From Macrostomum lignano (taxonomy: Eukaryota): a stretch of DNA of 64,000 bases. The stretch lies in the NCBI GenBank assembly GCA_002269645.1, contig NIVC01000244.1:488468-552467 (forward strand). Reading direction: 5' to 3'. Shown here piece by piece: positions 45,701-59,100 of this stretch. The notes beneath the pieces were generated by a model. The model made no database searches. It was not told the origin of the DNA and worked only from the letters and a program-made list of their open reading frames with translations. Positions within the stretch are counted from its first letter, which is position 1, and every line of letters starts with the position of its first letter. The translations under genes and the position numbers were made by a program.

Positions 45701-47507
45701 ACTAAGAAGCTAATAAGTTTTTTTGAGACAGGTTAACAGCATTTAAGATGATTTTTGCGCATTAGGCAGATCATTTACTTCTCTCTGTATAGTTCTTTAG
45801 GAGTTTCTAGAGGGTTGCAGCAGTGGTTAGAGCGTAGTGACTCACGACTGAAAGGTCGGGGGTTCGTTTCTCGACACACTCGGAAAATTTTGTATCCTTG
45901 AGCAAGACACTTAACTCTGCATTCCTTCAGTTCAGTAAAATGGGTGCCAGCATTGAGGGTGTGTGGCGACCCCCAGTCCTTGGACTGAACAGCCGTAAGC
46001 AGCCTTCAGATGCGCCGCGCAATAGCTGCGGCTGAGCTGTCGGTTGCACATCTGGCCCAATCGGGGCAGGTGTAATCAGTTATTATTATTATTTATTAGG
46101 AATTGTTAAAACTCGACTTACACATACATGTATTACCTTATAAAAATAGTTTGTCGTATTTGAATCGAAATTGCCCAAACTTCCCCTCATGCTCAGTCCG
46201 CACTGCTGCGCATTGTGCCCAACCTGCCAGCTGGTGGCGGCCTTCTCCCGGACTGTCTGGCCGCCTCCTTGGCCCGCTCGCTGACCCACGCCGCCCGCTG
46301 CCTGCCGAGCATCGCGCCAGCCTCCTCGGACGCCAGAAACAGCCAACTGCAATGTGCCGGCGACCTAGTTGACGCTCTATGCGGCGCGTTAGCCTCGGGC
46401 ATCGGCCTCGCTCTGGCCACGCATGCCCGCCCGCTGGCTGAGGCGGCCGCTGTTGGTATTGAGCAGCTGCTGCACCGCCTGTCGTGTCCTGCTCCTCAGC
46501 CTGCGGCGGCGTCCGGCTGTTCTACGCTAGGGTCGCAGATCGGATTTGCTCTGGCCAATTGCCTGCTGGCTGTGGCTGGCTACCGGCGGCAGGTGTCTCA
46601 GCAGCAGCAGCCGCAGCAGCAACAGGGTGCGAAGCTTTGTGCATCTGCTGGTGCAGTTAGTTAGTTAGTTAGTGAGTTAGTGAATTTGTTTGTTTGTTTG
46701 TTTGTTTGTTTGTTTGTTTGTTTGTTTGTTAGTCAGTTAGTCAGTTAGCTAGTTGATGGGTTGGTTAGTCAACTAATAACTGACTACGGAAATTTTTCTT
46801 AAAGTTCAAGCTTTTTCTTTATTATATACCCGATGGCATGTCCTCAGACTGGGAGAATTTTCTCAAGTGTGAGCAACCCCGTTCCTGCTCAGAGTATCGG
46901 AAGCAAAGGAAACTACCGCAAGATTATCCGAGTTTAAAGCCATATTTTCCTGTTGCTAAATTTCTCAGGCTTCTTCTATCACAATCAGCAGCAGCAGCAG
47001 CAGCAGCAGTATCTGCAGCTCTTACAGCTGATTGAGATTAACGCCTGGTCGGCTCTGCTTAGTCATGCCGAACCCAGCGACTGGCACGGTCGTCTGGTCG
47101 CTCTGCTGGCCTCAGTCGGCGATCCAGCGGTAGCAGACCTGGCTGCCCAGCTGGTCAACCAACCGCAGCAGCAGCAGCAGCAGCAGCTCATGTCCGACCA
47201 TGCCCTGACAAACTGTTATTTACGATTCGCTCCCAGTCACACTCGCCTGTCTGTCCGAGCTTGCGCGATCGTCCCAGCTAGTGGTACATGCAGCAGTGTG
47301 GCCTCTGTCAGCGGCATCGCGCCGGCTCCGGCCGCTAAGAAGCCCCGGCTAGTCGGCGGGACCGCGGCCGTTTCGTCTGTGCTAGACGATCTGGACTCGC
47401 TGACCGATCAGCTGGAGTCGCTGCGAGCCGACGGCCAGCTGACTGGACTGCTTGAAAAGCAACGACTGGCGGGCCTGGTTGACCGGCTTTGCCAGCTAGC
47501 TAACTGA
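39737..47507 (+). CDS. FIRRM: FIRRM/C1orf112 (FIGNL1-interacting regulator) orthologue; exons 39737-40077, 40849-40924, 41023-41107, 41980-42088, 42182-42587, 42776-42865, 42949-43082, 43152-43240, 44715-44868, 45434-45637, 46197-46626, 46969-47507; candidate first exon 38889-39016
   Basis: All 12 exons join in phase with GT-AG introns (~885 codons). TVTAWKSLIR, IFGFFVKCLVTLLTEY, LIASDVLCFLLRYSSASFCAQW, LYLWLNFNNLSP and AKKPRL match recalled C1orf112 segments in order. Confidence 0.8.
40095..40595. repeat. 21-bp intronic minisatellite (CCCATTCGGAATCTTGCAGGT)
   Basis: Over 20 tandem units just after a splice donor. Confidence 0.97.
41138..41870. repeat. 25-bp intronic minisatellite (AGCTATGACCATCCATGAGTCATTT)
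   Basis: Tandem units with graded variants. Confidence 0.97.
43284..43455 (-). mobile_element. CORE-SINE (family A), partial
   Basis: TTTTACAGCTGG..AACTGAAGCAAT..AGTGTCTTGCT(T)AAGG matches the other copies; truncated by the adjacent array element. Confidence 0.75.
43456..44514. repeat. TGTCGGAGATATGAAG-type satellite with an inverted arm and a CCCTAACC spacer (MITE-like)
   Basis: Left arm TGACAGTTCATATCTCCGACAA (43456-43477) is the reverse complement of the array unit and of the right end TGTCTGAGATATGAAGTGTCA. Confidence 0.88.
44990..45320. mobile_element. MITE family copy (others at 59870-60306 and partial at 38040-38130)
   Basis: Shared body GAAATGACTT(T)GATAAGTTTAGAA..AATGTACATTAGCCAG..GGCAATAAAAATTG..ATACATTAAAATGCTTCTG..CTAGTATCTG. 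Confidence 0.75.
45815..46093 (+). mobile_element. CORE-SINE (family A), full-length
   Basis: A box CAGTGGTTAGAGC, B-box-like GGTTCG, CORE CCTTGAGCAAGACACTTAACTCTG..GTAAAATGGG, (TTA)n tail. Confidence 0.88.
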
Positions 47508-47509
47508 TA

Positions 47510-47990
47510 CAGCTGAGATTGATAGCTGAGATTGATAAATTGATAACTGGAATTGGTAGCTAAGATAGCTGAGATTGATAACTGGAATTGACGCTTGACA
47601 GCTAAGATCGATAGTTGAGATTGACAGCTGAGATGATAGCTGAAATTGACAGCTGAGATTAACATCTGAGATTGATAACTGGAATTGACAGCTGGAATGG
47701 ACAGCTGCAATTGATAACTGGAATTGACAGCTGAAATTTACAGCTGAGATTGATAGCTGAGATTGATAACTGGAATTGACAGCTGAGATTGATAACTGGA
47801 ATTGACAGCTGAGATTGATGGTTGAGATTGATAACTGGAATTGACAGCTAAGATCGATAGTTGAGATTGACAGCTGAGATGATAGCTGAAATTGACAGCT
47901 GAGATGATAGCTGAAATTGACAGCTGAGATTAACATCTGAGATTGATAGCTGAGATTGACAGCTAGGATTGAAACCTGAGGTAGCTGAGA
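47510..47990. repeat. Composite 12-14 bp array (AGCTGAGATTGAT / ACTGGAATTGAC) directly after the FIRRM stop
   Basis: Tandem alternating monomers. Confidence 0.92.
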
Positions 47991-50900
47991 TTGATCGTCG
48001 TTGAGTTTGATTTGTTAGCTTGTTGTGGATGATTGTTTAACTGTTTCGTTCATTGTCCCGGTGTTTATTATTATTATTGTTATCACTATTATTAAAATAT
48101 TAAAAGTTACTACGCTCGTATATTTTCTATTCAATGTTAAGCTTCAAATTTTTCATCAACTATTTAGGAGTTCAGGTATTCATAGTTATAAATATAAAAG
48201 TGCATTTTGCGGTAGTGTTCCAGGTCAATTTTTAGCTGAAACTTTTGTCAGTCTTTTATCCAAATAAAGTGTGTGTGCATTTGGTCTTTATAGAATTTAT
48301 ATCGACAGTCTGCATTTGGTTTTATTCTATTATTGTTATATTCTATATTACGAGATGCACCGGAGTATATACTTGTACAAAACATATTATTATTCATGTG
48401 CGTAAGCTTTATTTCAATTCCACAGTGTTAATCAGCTAGATTTACAACGTAAAGAGCTATGATACTGATTAGCGTGCAATAACTTTATAATATTAACTAT
48501 ATTATTCCTTTAGGAAATTACCAAATTAATAAAACTGTTTAAGATGCACTTCGTTGCAAGAAAACAACTTTTATATGCACTTTTTAAGACGAAAATGTGT
48601 CTACTTTTGTAGTGTAACATCCCATGGCCTTCTTAAAGTTCTTTCTTGACGTTTTTAAAGTTTTGGGATCCAAATTGCTAATACACTACGCTGGTATATG
48701 TACATGTCCGAGTACATAGCAGAATCAATGACAGCTGAGTGCACTTCATTTGACGATTGTTGTACTTTGAGGCAACGTGGCCACTCGATGCGAGAAGTGA
48801 TTGCAGGGTAGAAAAAGTCACAAAGGCTTGAAAGGCCGGTGCGCACTTACACTCAGCAACATCGAAAATTCGCCATCACAGAAGATTCCGTCTGTGGTCG
48901 CCAGTTTTGAGAGAGCAGGTAAAGTCTCTCAATCTTTGCGAGTGACGCAACTTAGCTATACACCGCGCAGACTTGAGTTGAGGAATGAAGTGGGGGGAGC
49001 GGCGTGCGAGGGTTGGACGGATTAAAACTACCACGATCAGTTTTCTCGTATCTTTTATTTCACAATAGTCCAAGAGTAGTTGCTCACTGGTGCATTGAGT
49101 GGCGCCTTTTAATGTTGTTGAGTATATGTTAAAGTTAAACTAACTAGCATGATTCAGCAAACATCAGACCCCACAGCCGGCCTAGGCCGGTCTGGGCAGA
49201 CAGACAAACGGACAATCAGCCAATCAGACCGCAAGAACTCTAGGCGGCGTGCAAGCCGCACACACAACTATGTGCCCCTAATTTTGCGGAAATTTTACCA
49301 TATCAAGCTGAGTCTGAGCCGGAACCACTTTGACTACAGCATCTTATAGTCATTCATTGACTGCTCCACTGACTTTAGATCCATGTAGTCAGAACTCAAA
49401 CTTTAAAAGGTGTAGACCTTCAAAATTACATATATGGGCTGATTGAAATGGGCTGTATGGGCAGACTCTAATTGAGCCAGGATTCGTTTTCCCACCTAAA
49501 ACGCCATGTTAGACCTGCAAACTGAGTTGACACTAATTATTATTTGAATATTGCTGAAAAATACAACGAATTGTCAAAGTTATTCAGCTTTTCGACTTAA
49601 TCCTTTACACCGACAGCAGTATATACAGTTTTGCTGGAATATCTCACAAATAAATGCAGCAAAAACTCATATATCATCATACAGATATATTATATCATGA
49701 TATGGTTAGCCAATTAAAATGCTGCAATACAGTAATCAACCGACCATAAACCCTAATAAAAAAGAAAGCTGTCAAAGTTCCGGGTTTTAGGCTCGTGATG
49801 GTCTATAAAAATTTAAAGAGAAGAATTCACCGAATCCCTCGGATCATTCTCGACGACGACCTGACTCCAGGCTCCAGGGCTCACGGAGCAAGGAGCATGT
49901 ACTATAAACTTTTCCAGAAGCACTTTTGTTTAAAGCTCAAAAATTTGCCTAAAGTCAAAAAATCAAAAGTTTTTGACCTAAAAAACAAACTTATAGCCTT
50001 CGACTTCTAACTCTTAAGGCCACTTTAGCAAGGTCATCTTTAAAAGCCATGATTTGTATAGCAACTGCAAAGAAAACACATTAGGCCTAAATTAACAATC
50101 CTTATTAGTTGTTTATAATTTATTTATCCTCATTACTAGGCTAGGCCTAACCTAACCTTGTAATACAAGTTAACTATAATTTATTTAATCTAACCTTTTA
50201 TTATACACAAAATCCATAAGACCATATTGAAATTCTCATGCTAGGCAGCCAGGCCAGGGACAGGGTACTTCTTTAGTAGGCCTAATAGCAAATAGTGTTT
50301 CTTCATGATTTCTGGTTTTAATTTCTAATTTCATAGTCAAAGTGGATAGAAATTTAGAGATTGTGACAAAAAATATAGGATATTTTAGTCTAGGGCCTAT
50401 ACTTTTGAATTAAGTAGGTTGATGTTTAATATTTATTTAGTTTGCCTGTAAAGTGATTAGGGCCTACCTACATATCATATTATATTCTATTACTATTTAT
50501 AGTCAAATTAGAATAATATTTAGTCTAGGCCCTATCTATGAAATTTTATAACTTTTATAGGGGGGCCTAGCTTTAACTTAATTAAGAGATAGGCCTAACA
50601 ATAATGGGCTATCTATAGGCTAAAGCATTATGTGGTAGTGGCTGCTAGCTAGAGCTAACATTGTTGAACTTTACCCAATCATATCCTTTTTATGTCTATG
50701 GTAGCAACCAGCTATATATTCTTAAGCTTTCGTTCTCAGCCTCTCACTTATGTTATAATTTCCTATGCTTGAATAAACTCTGCCAATAGCTTCTTTCAAA
50801 CTACGACACATTAGGCCTACTCATTTATTATTTAAATTACAAGCAAAAAAATATTTGGTTTTACAAAATTCTATATTATTATTATTCAACAAATTAATTG

Positions 50901-51639
50901 TAGACCATCTATATTAGTTTCTATCATACAAATAACTTTGGCCTGATAGAAATGCATTAGAATGCGATAGAAATATGTTAAAATGTGCATAGCCAATCTA
51001 CATATCAAAATAAGCAAATAGCATGATTTCGCATGATGATTTACCCACGCCTTACCCCTTGGTTAGCCGCCCCACTCCTGTTATGTATATTTTAATATCT
51101 GTTGAACATTGGTAAGAACCAATTAGCCATAGTTATATACATTTTCTATCTAAATTTTAGACCTATAAGTAGAACAAAAAAGCCTAGGCGGGGCCTAATA
51201 TAAGGAAAAAAATTGTGTTAGTTATTATTAGTTTAGAATATATCATTCATACCAAAATTTAGTTACTGTGTAAATTCTGATATGCACTCAATATGATTCA
51301 AATTATGGTACTTATAGGTCTAGACAATAGTTAGTAGCTACTAGTAATCTTCGTCCCCAATGGGGGACATCTAGATAGAATCTCTGTTCTCTACAAGTAA
51401 CAAAAAGACAGCCAAAGAATCCTTCACAAAGACAACAGACAAATTGCTCAAATGAAGTGCATTGCAAAAAGAAATCATCCCAAGACCGCAAGCATCCCCC
51501 AGATAGCAAGCATCCCCAAATAGCAAGCATCCACCAGACAATAAGTAGCTAGTGCAACAATTTCCTTAGCTTAATGGTGGCTCCTTTAAATTGGCATGGC
51601 GCTTTATACCTTTACATTTGAAATTGTATATCTTTATGT

Positions 51640-51850
51640 TTGACATGGTGGCTCTCTTATGTTTGACATGGTGGCTCTTCTATGTTTGACATGGTGGCTC
51701 TTTTATGTTAGACATAGTGGCTCTTTTATGTTAGACATGGCTCTTTTATATTAGACATAGTGGCTCTTTTACATTTGACATGGTGGCTCTTTAATGTTCA
51801 ACATGGTGGCTCTTCTATGTTTGACATTGCGCTTCTTTTATGTTTAGCAT
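51640..51850. repeat. ~22-bp minisatellite (TATGTTTGACATGGTGGCTCTT)
   Basis: About 9 degenerate units. Confidence 0.85.
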
Positions 51851-53188
51851 TTTGTGTTTTTAAGGTGTTTTAATAAAAAAGTTATCATGCACTACTTAGA
51901 TTCAAACCCTGGTCGCTACATTAGCAGTCCAGTCTGTTTGCATCTAGGCTATCTCTTTTCAATTGGAGAACATGAATTGGGGCCCTTATAATTCAATACT
52001 TATAGCAAGTTGGTTAGGATAAAAAGTTATGACATAATTGATTTCTCAGTCAGCCAGTATCAGTCTCAATTTAAGTTAGCAATATGGTTACGCAATTTAA
52101 ATCAAGTCATGTGTGCATTTCTTTGGCACTGTTTTCCACTTGTTGTGATGCAATCTTTATCAGAATTGAAATTCAGTCAGTCAGGTTTTTCTCTAGCATT
52201 CTTACAATGCATTTCAGGTTGAAAGAGCTGCTTGACCTTTGCAGAAAATCATGTTTTTTGAATATTTAATCCCTTTAACATTGAGCAATTTCTTAGCCAA
52301 GATGCATGTACCGTCCCAGGAAAATTTCTGATCAAATGGTGCAAGTTTGAAGAGAATCAGTTGAGCCATTCTCAAAAAAATCAATTACACGCATGCACAC
52401 ACAAATACAGCGCAAAATTAGTATATATATTATTTTTCAAGATGTTCTTATTAGCCTACTTTACCTATGAAGTTCTATCTCCTATTCTATAAAAGGTTGA
52501 GTAAAAAGTTTTTTTAAGGTAAGGTGAACTTCAAATCTTGAACTTTTAAAAAAAATATTTGTTTTTTTAATTTTTTTCAATTATTCAATTTTCTATTTTT
52601 TCTAAAAAGATAAATTTTTAATTTATCTGGCCTTAATATATTACCTAAAGGTAGTATACCTAAAGGTAAAGCTAAAGGTACCTAAAGCTAAAGGTAAGTA
52701 TTTCATCAATTTTAATTATAGATAGCTTTAAAAATCAAGTTAAGATTAAATATATTAGATGCAAAATAGCTATAGGCTAGAGTATATTTGTAAATCTAAA
52801 AAGCAAATTTCAAGCATGCCAACCCAGTAGTAAGCAACCCATTTCTAAGGTTTCCCTTTTCTGCTACATATATTTTCTAATGTCTTATACTCACATTATT
52901 CTAAAGCATCATCTAACTACTATATAATAGTACCTATTTGGCATATCATAAAACATGTACATAACTATTAGGTAAAACAGTTTATACTGCCTTTAGCCAC
53001 TTGTGTGTTGCCATTAGAAATAGATTAGTTATTCCATGCCTTATTATTATATTATTTACATACTTCTGCTTTTATTGAATAGGCCTGTTTAAAAAGTATT
53101 TTTGTAGTATCAAACTTAACAAATATTCTTATACATTGCTGCTTGCTGACAAAAACTACAATAGAAAAATATTATGCCTTAATGAAGA

Positions 53189-56100
53189 ATGGAGTACAGT
53201 GAGGAACAAGTTGAGTCTGTGCTGCACAGCTTCTACAACTCCGGCTACACTGTAGATGCCAACCAATGGCTAATGTCGGCTCAGATCTCTGACAGTGGCT
53301 GGGAATTTTCATGGAAATTTTTGCAGCATGACAAGCCAGATTATGTGCAGTTCTTTGGAGCATGCACTTTGTGCACTAAAATCATACACAGTGGCCGGGC
53401 CTTGCCATTAGATAAAGCTGTGGAATTGCGAACTTCCCTGCTAGGCAAGCTGTTGGAATGTAGCGAGTACGCTAATCATGCTGTAGTGTCGAAACTGTGC
53501 ATAGCCGTTGCCCATCTGGCCTTCTACATGAGCCCGGACCATTGGCCCGGAGTTGTCGAGTCCATAGTGGATTATATCCAAGCCGGCAGTCGTGGCAAAT
53601 CGCAAGAGGCTAACGTGAAAGCAATTTGCGCCCTGACGGAACTGTTGCGCATCATACCGGAGGAGTTCTGCGCCGTTCTGCTGCCGGCGCAGAAACGGGC
53701 AGCCGTCAAGGAGGACCTCGAGGCAGGCGTACCGCGGATTATGGCATATTTCCGAGAGATTCTCAGCACTGGTCATTGTCCGAAACAGGTGTACTGCAGC
53801 GGCATCAATGCCCTGTCGGCTTGGCTGCAGTTCTCAGTGCCTATTGATAATAGCGTAGATCTGGTGCTGATTGTGTTTCAGGTGAACCTTACACATTTAC
53901 TTTGTCTATAGATGATCTGTCACGTTTTGCCATCGGAGAGTAGTATCAAATTATCAATCTATTTCATTAGCGAATATAAATTTACTAAGGTATATCTAGA
54001 TAACGTACTAAATTTTAATTACTAAATTCTATTTCTATCTGAAATTGATAGTTTAACGAATCAGTGGTTACAGATATTTAAGTATAGATGCTTGATGATG
54101 ACCCTGAAGTCAGCAAATCAGCGAGCGCCCAGGCCCCAGGGGTTAGAGGGTTATTGATGACCCTGAAGTCAGCGAATCAGCGAGCGCCCAGGCCCCAGGG
54201 GTTAGAGGGTTATTGATGACCCTGAAGTCAGCGAATCAGCGAGCGCCCAGGCCCCAGGGGTTAGAGGGTTATTAATGACCCTGAAGTCAGCGAATCAGCG
54301 AGCGCCCAGGCCCCAGGGGTTAGAGGGTTATTGATGACCCTGAAGTCAGCGAATCAGCGAGCGCCCAGGCCTCAGGGGTTAGAGGGTTATTAATGACCCT
54401 GAAGTCAGCGAATCAGCGAGCGCCCAGGCCCCAGGGGTTAGAGGGTTATTAATGACCCTGAAGTCAGCGAATCAGCGAGCGCGCTACGGTCAGAAGTTAT
54501 TTGGTAACGAACACTGTTTAAACTGGAAAGTTATTAATTTGTTTGCTTGATAAGTCGGACAATAGGCTATATTTTTCGATTAACACTATTTTTTCTTGGT
54601 CAATTTTCCTTAGCAGTGTTATATTGTGTTAATGATACTATTGAAAACGCTACCGAGACACAAAAATGCTTTAGAGTCATTGCAAACAAATCACTAGTGA
54701 CTCTAGTGACTCTTATGTGCTTTTTAACGACTCATACGACTGTTGTTCAACGGAGAGGCGACTATTAAATTGCGAAAAAGTCGTCTAAGGGTAGTTTTGG
54801 TAACTTGGTATTATCTCCGGTAGACTCAAGTAGAGTTGTAATAAATGTGAAATGCTATTCTAATTCATAAAGTGCCGCAGATACGCTTTATGCGCAACTT
54901 AGTTACTCTCCAGCACGCCTCAGACACGACTCTGGAGTCGTTTTACAGTCCCAGCCCCCAGGTAAAATAGACAACAATAAAACGTCTCAGATTGACTCCG
55001 GCGACTCCTGGCAACTTTTTTGCGACTTGTACCGTCGTGGTCTCGTTGTTTGAGTCTTTCCTTTAATTCTTTCCTTATTTTACCTGTGCTACCTGCACCG
55101 ATTCTGGGACGACGCAACTGACTTTGGGTCGCTTCTTGGCCTGAGGTACCCTTTTAATCGGGGATTAATGCTAAGACGGTGTGAAATCCTTCGCTAAACT
55201 GCAGGCCCTGCACGATGCCGACCTATTCGAGGAGGCTGTAGAATGCCTGTGCAACATCTTCTCCCATCCAAGTGTGCACAAGTTTCCCGGCACAGTCAGC
55301 TCCCTACTGCCCTATATTGTGAGCCTTGACGAGTGTCTTGATAAAGCCCTCACTGACGGCTCGGACACCGCCCAGGGTCTCTGCCGCTTAGTAACTACTG
55401 TGTGCGAGAGTCAGTGCCGACTGTTGCTGGATACTTGTTACCATGGCGACACGGAGCTCACCCACAAGCTGTTAGCCATGGTGCTGCGCTGCACAGATGC
55501 GCCCGGCCGATTTCCAACTGACGAGCAGGTCTCCGATTCCGCTTTGTACTTTTGGTATCTGCTGCAGGACGAGCTGACCTCGTGCGACGAGACCAAATGG
55601 AGCCATCTGGTTGGCCTGTTCCAGGTAAGGCGCTTGGGTGAAGGTGCAAAATTTATTGCTTAAAAAAGTTGCTATTTTAGGGTTTAAATCAGAAAGTTTT
55701 TATTCGTTTTCTATAATTTGAATCGGTGCCGATTTTGGGCCATAGACTATTATCTGTTTAGCTTCCAAAACCATGCGCTAACGTTTATAAGGTTAAGTGA
55801 ATAGCGTTTTGCTGTAAATTGTGTGTGTACAGCCAAAAATGCAATGAATAAAGGATGCACTTTCAGGTGCATGAATGGCGGTGCACCGCGCGCAATATCC
55901 GGTAGTCGCTCCATCGATTTCGAATCATCATCGTCACCATCTCGCCTTGCGTATTCGGCAGCAACGCCGGTAGCAACGTTCCATGGCGCGTGCGAGCCAG
56001 CCAGACAAGGGGGCCTGCGACACTTTCAAAGCTGTATTATTTTGCTTTTAGTCAGCTGTAGTTGCTGTATAGTGTATTGTTCGGTAAATAGGCACTTTAT

Positions 56101-59100
56101 TTGTGCTAAATATGGAGGAGAATTTTACACTCTGGCAATTTTCTTAGTGGCCCCCGAATTGGAGAGAGCAGTGCAGGCTCACGCTAGTACGCAAAGTACT
56201 TCCAAAATAATTCTAATGTACATAAACTAAGACTAAGTTTATGTACAAAAACTTTTTTATCTCAAAAGCCAGATAAATAATCCAGCCCCTGGCTGCGGGC
56301 CGATGAGTGAGGAAAAAGAAATAAAAAATGAGAAATGAGGGGACAGTCGAGAGAGGAGATAAGAGAAGAGAAAAGAGAGGGTACATAGGAGAGAAGAGGG
56401 GAGAAGAGATGAGGGGAGAGAAGAGATGAGGGGAGAGATGAGAGATGAGGGGAGAGAGGGCCGGACGTGAATTTCAAAAGACCCGAGGCTTCGCGGGCCG
56501 GAGATTTCTGGCCCCTGCTAAATAGAAATAAAAAACAAAACTCGGTAAGAGGATAAAGTGGGTTGTTGGCTCGAAAATCGGCTTCAACTTTTTAGCCTAA
56601 TACGCGGTTTTAATAAATAAATTTTAGTAAATTGTCTTTTACGTGCCTGCGGCTCTCCTCTCGTTCGATGCGCGACAGAAATTGTCAGTGGGTATTGTTC
56701 GCCTCCTCCCCTGGTAGTCCTTCACCGCTAATAACTTTAGGCATATTGTTATTGTTTCTGTTGCCATGGAGATGTTGCTTAAATCTTTCCGCCCCCTTCC
56801 CGCCGGTGCCAGGACGCGTACATGCGCCTTGTGGTGGTGCTGCTGCGCAAATGCCAGCTGCCAGACGAAGCAGCCGAAGCCGAACTCGGCGAAGACGATC
56901 GCGAAAAATTTCGCTGCTACCGCGAAGACATTGGCGACACATTCATGTACGCCTATAACATACTGAAGGCCAACCTGTTCCAGTGGGTGTACAGCCTGCT
57001 GTACAGCTTCTGCACCGCTGACTACACCCCGCCTTGGCAGCACGTTGAGTCTGTGCTGTTCCTAGTGCAGGCCATCGCAGAGAATGTTGTTGACAATGAC
57101 ACTCACGATGCCGAGCTGCGCGATATTTTCTCATTGTTGCCAAGGCTACCGCTCAGCTCCAATGTTCGCTGCATCCAGGCCGCTCTAGACATGATCAGCG
57201 CCTATCAGGAGTGGATGAGCGACAATCCCTACGTGTTGAATAATGTGCTGCCAACTGTGCTGCGCTGTCTGCAGTTGGGCGGCGAGCTCGGGGCCAGCGC
57301 TGGCAAAGCGTTGCGCAATATCTGCCAGATTAACCAGCTTCAGGTGAGGTTGCCGTGCCAGTCTCGATTTTTTTGTTGAAAACATATGCCATTTGCAAGA
57401 TGCAAATGTTTTCATTCTTATGCTATATTTGATAGTCACAATCACAGAGATGTTATACTGACAGTCTGCTGTATTTGACGGTCACAATCACAGAGATGTT
57501 ATATTGACAGTCTGCTGTGTTTGACGGTCACAATCACAGAGATGTTATACTGACAGTCATGTTATCAAGTCATGTTACCATCGCAGGATTGGATCGTAGC
57601 TTGAAATTGTATTTTTTTGAACAAATGAAGTTAGGGTTTTTTTCCCTTGGCCACTGTATTTAGATCGGGCTCACTCCAACACCACAAACAACTCTTATTA
57701 AACTTTTAACACGCGCAAAGGTCTTGTTAAAAGGGCCTTCACAAAAACTAGCCTGGGCCTTGTCGTGCTATTCACAACCAAACGGGCCAATTATGCCCAA
57801 GGCACAGGGTATGTACATTGTCCTGAAGACAAGATAATTTTAATACTCACTGCCGCCCTCTCCGAACTCTCCAACGCCCAGATGCTGCCGCACGGCTCGG
57901 CCATTCTTGACTGCCTGTCCGGCGTACTGTCCACACAGCAGTTGCCGCCAGCGGACGCCAACAGGCTTATGTGCTGCGTTGGCTACACGGTGTCCATGCT
58001 GCCCAGGGACACCATGATTGCCTACCTGGACAAGATCTGCACTCCCCAGCTGTTGCAGCTGTGCGAAGCCTGCGGCCTGGACTCTAGCGGAGCCGAATCT
58101 GCCGACCTGCAGCAGCAGCAGCGGAACTCGGCCAGCCAGCCAGCCCTGAAGGCGCTGATTCTCACCAAGCTGAAGCTGTTCGGCTGGCTGTTTACCGCCA
58201 TGCAGAAGAGCAACCCGGCGCCGCCGCCTGTCTCTCCCGGCAGCGCCGCCCGACGCAACAGCGACGTGCCGCATCTCATCGACGACGATGACGACGTTAA
58301 CGAGAGCTCCTCAGATGCCGACCTGCCGCAGCTGGCCGCTCCGCATGTTGGCGTGCTGTGGCTGCTGGACAAGCTGCTCAGGCCTATTGAACGGGTCACT
58401 AGAGTCTACGTTGGCGACCGCGAGCTCATGGAGGCCGTGTTCGACCTGTTCAAATGGGCGCTGCGAGCCACCCAGCTGGAGTTCGAGCCGCTCATCGGCA
58501 CCCTGACTAGCTTTGTTGTACAGGCTTACGCTGAGATGCCGCAGAGTGTGCTGCTGGACTTGGCCAAACAGATTCTTATCTGCTTTCACTCCAGCGCTCC
58601 GCACAGCGACACAGTCAGCGGCCTGCTGACCGCGATGGCTAGCCGGACTCTGCAGCATCTGCGCGAGGCCGAGGCGCAGAACTGTATCGGGCAGAGTACC
58701 GACATTATTGAAAGCTTTCTCAGCTTGATGTACCACGCGATTAGGCGGGCCTCCGGTTCAATGCAGCTGCACCAGCTGGTGGATATGAACTCCGTCTTCA
58801 AGGTGGGTTGGCAAACTTTTATCTCTAGGGGCCAAATAGAGAACCTAGTGCATGACTGCGCGCCAGAGAAGAGACCCAAACCTTGATCGGGCCGGATGGA
58901 TTGCTTTTGTGAAGTTTCAAAGGGCCCGAGGGCCTGCAGGCTTGAGTTTGCCCGATTCCTGACTTACATACTGCTCAAAATCTGGGCCCTCCTCTTTTAT
59001 ACTTTTATAGGTCACTCATTCTGCTCCCACTGCAAAGTATCCCGATCTGCACATCCAGATTGCACTCCTACATCCTGATTCTCGGATATATCTCGGCACC

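Noticed and set aside
54094-54482. 59-bp and other regular arrays as CRISPR or hammerhead-ribozyme satellites
   Set aside because: No unique spacers, no cas genes, eukaryotic context, and no CUGAnGA...GAAA core found.
56280-56520. Possible hAT-like MITE (GGCCCCTG end, GA-rich interior)
   Set aside because: The second terminus and a TSD could not be established.
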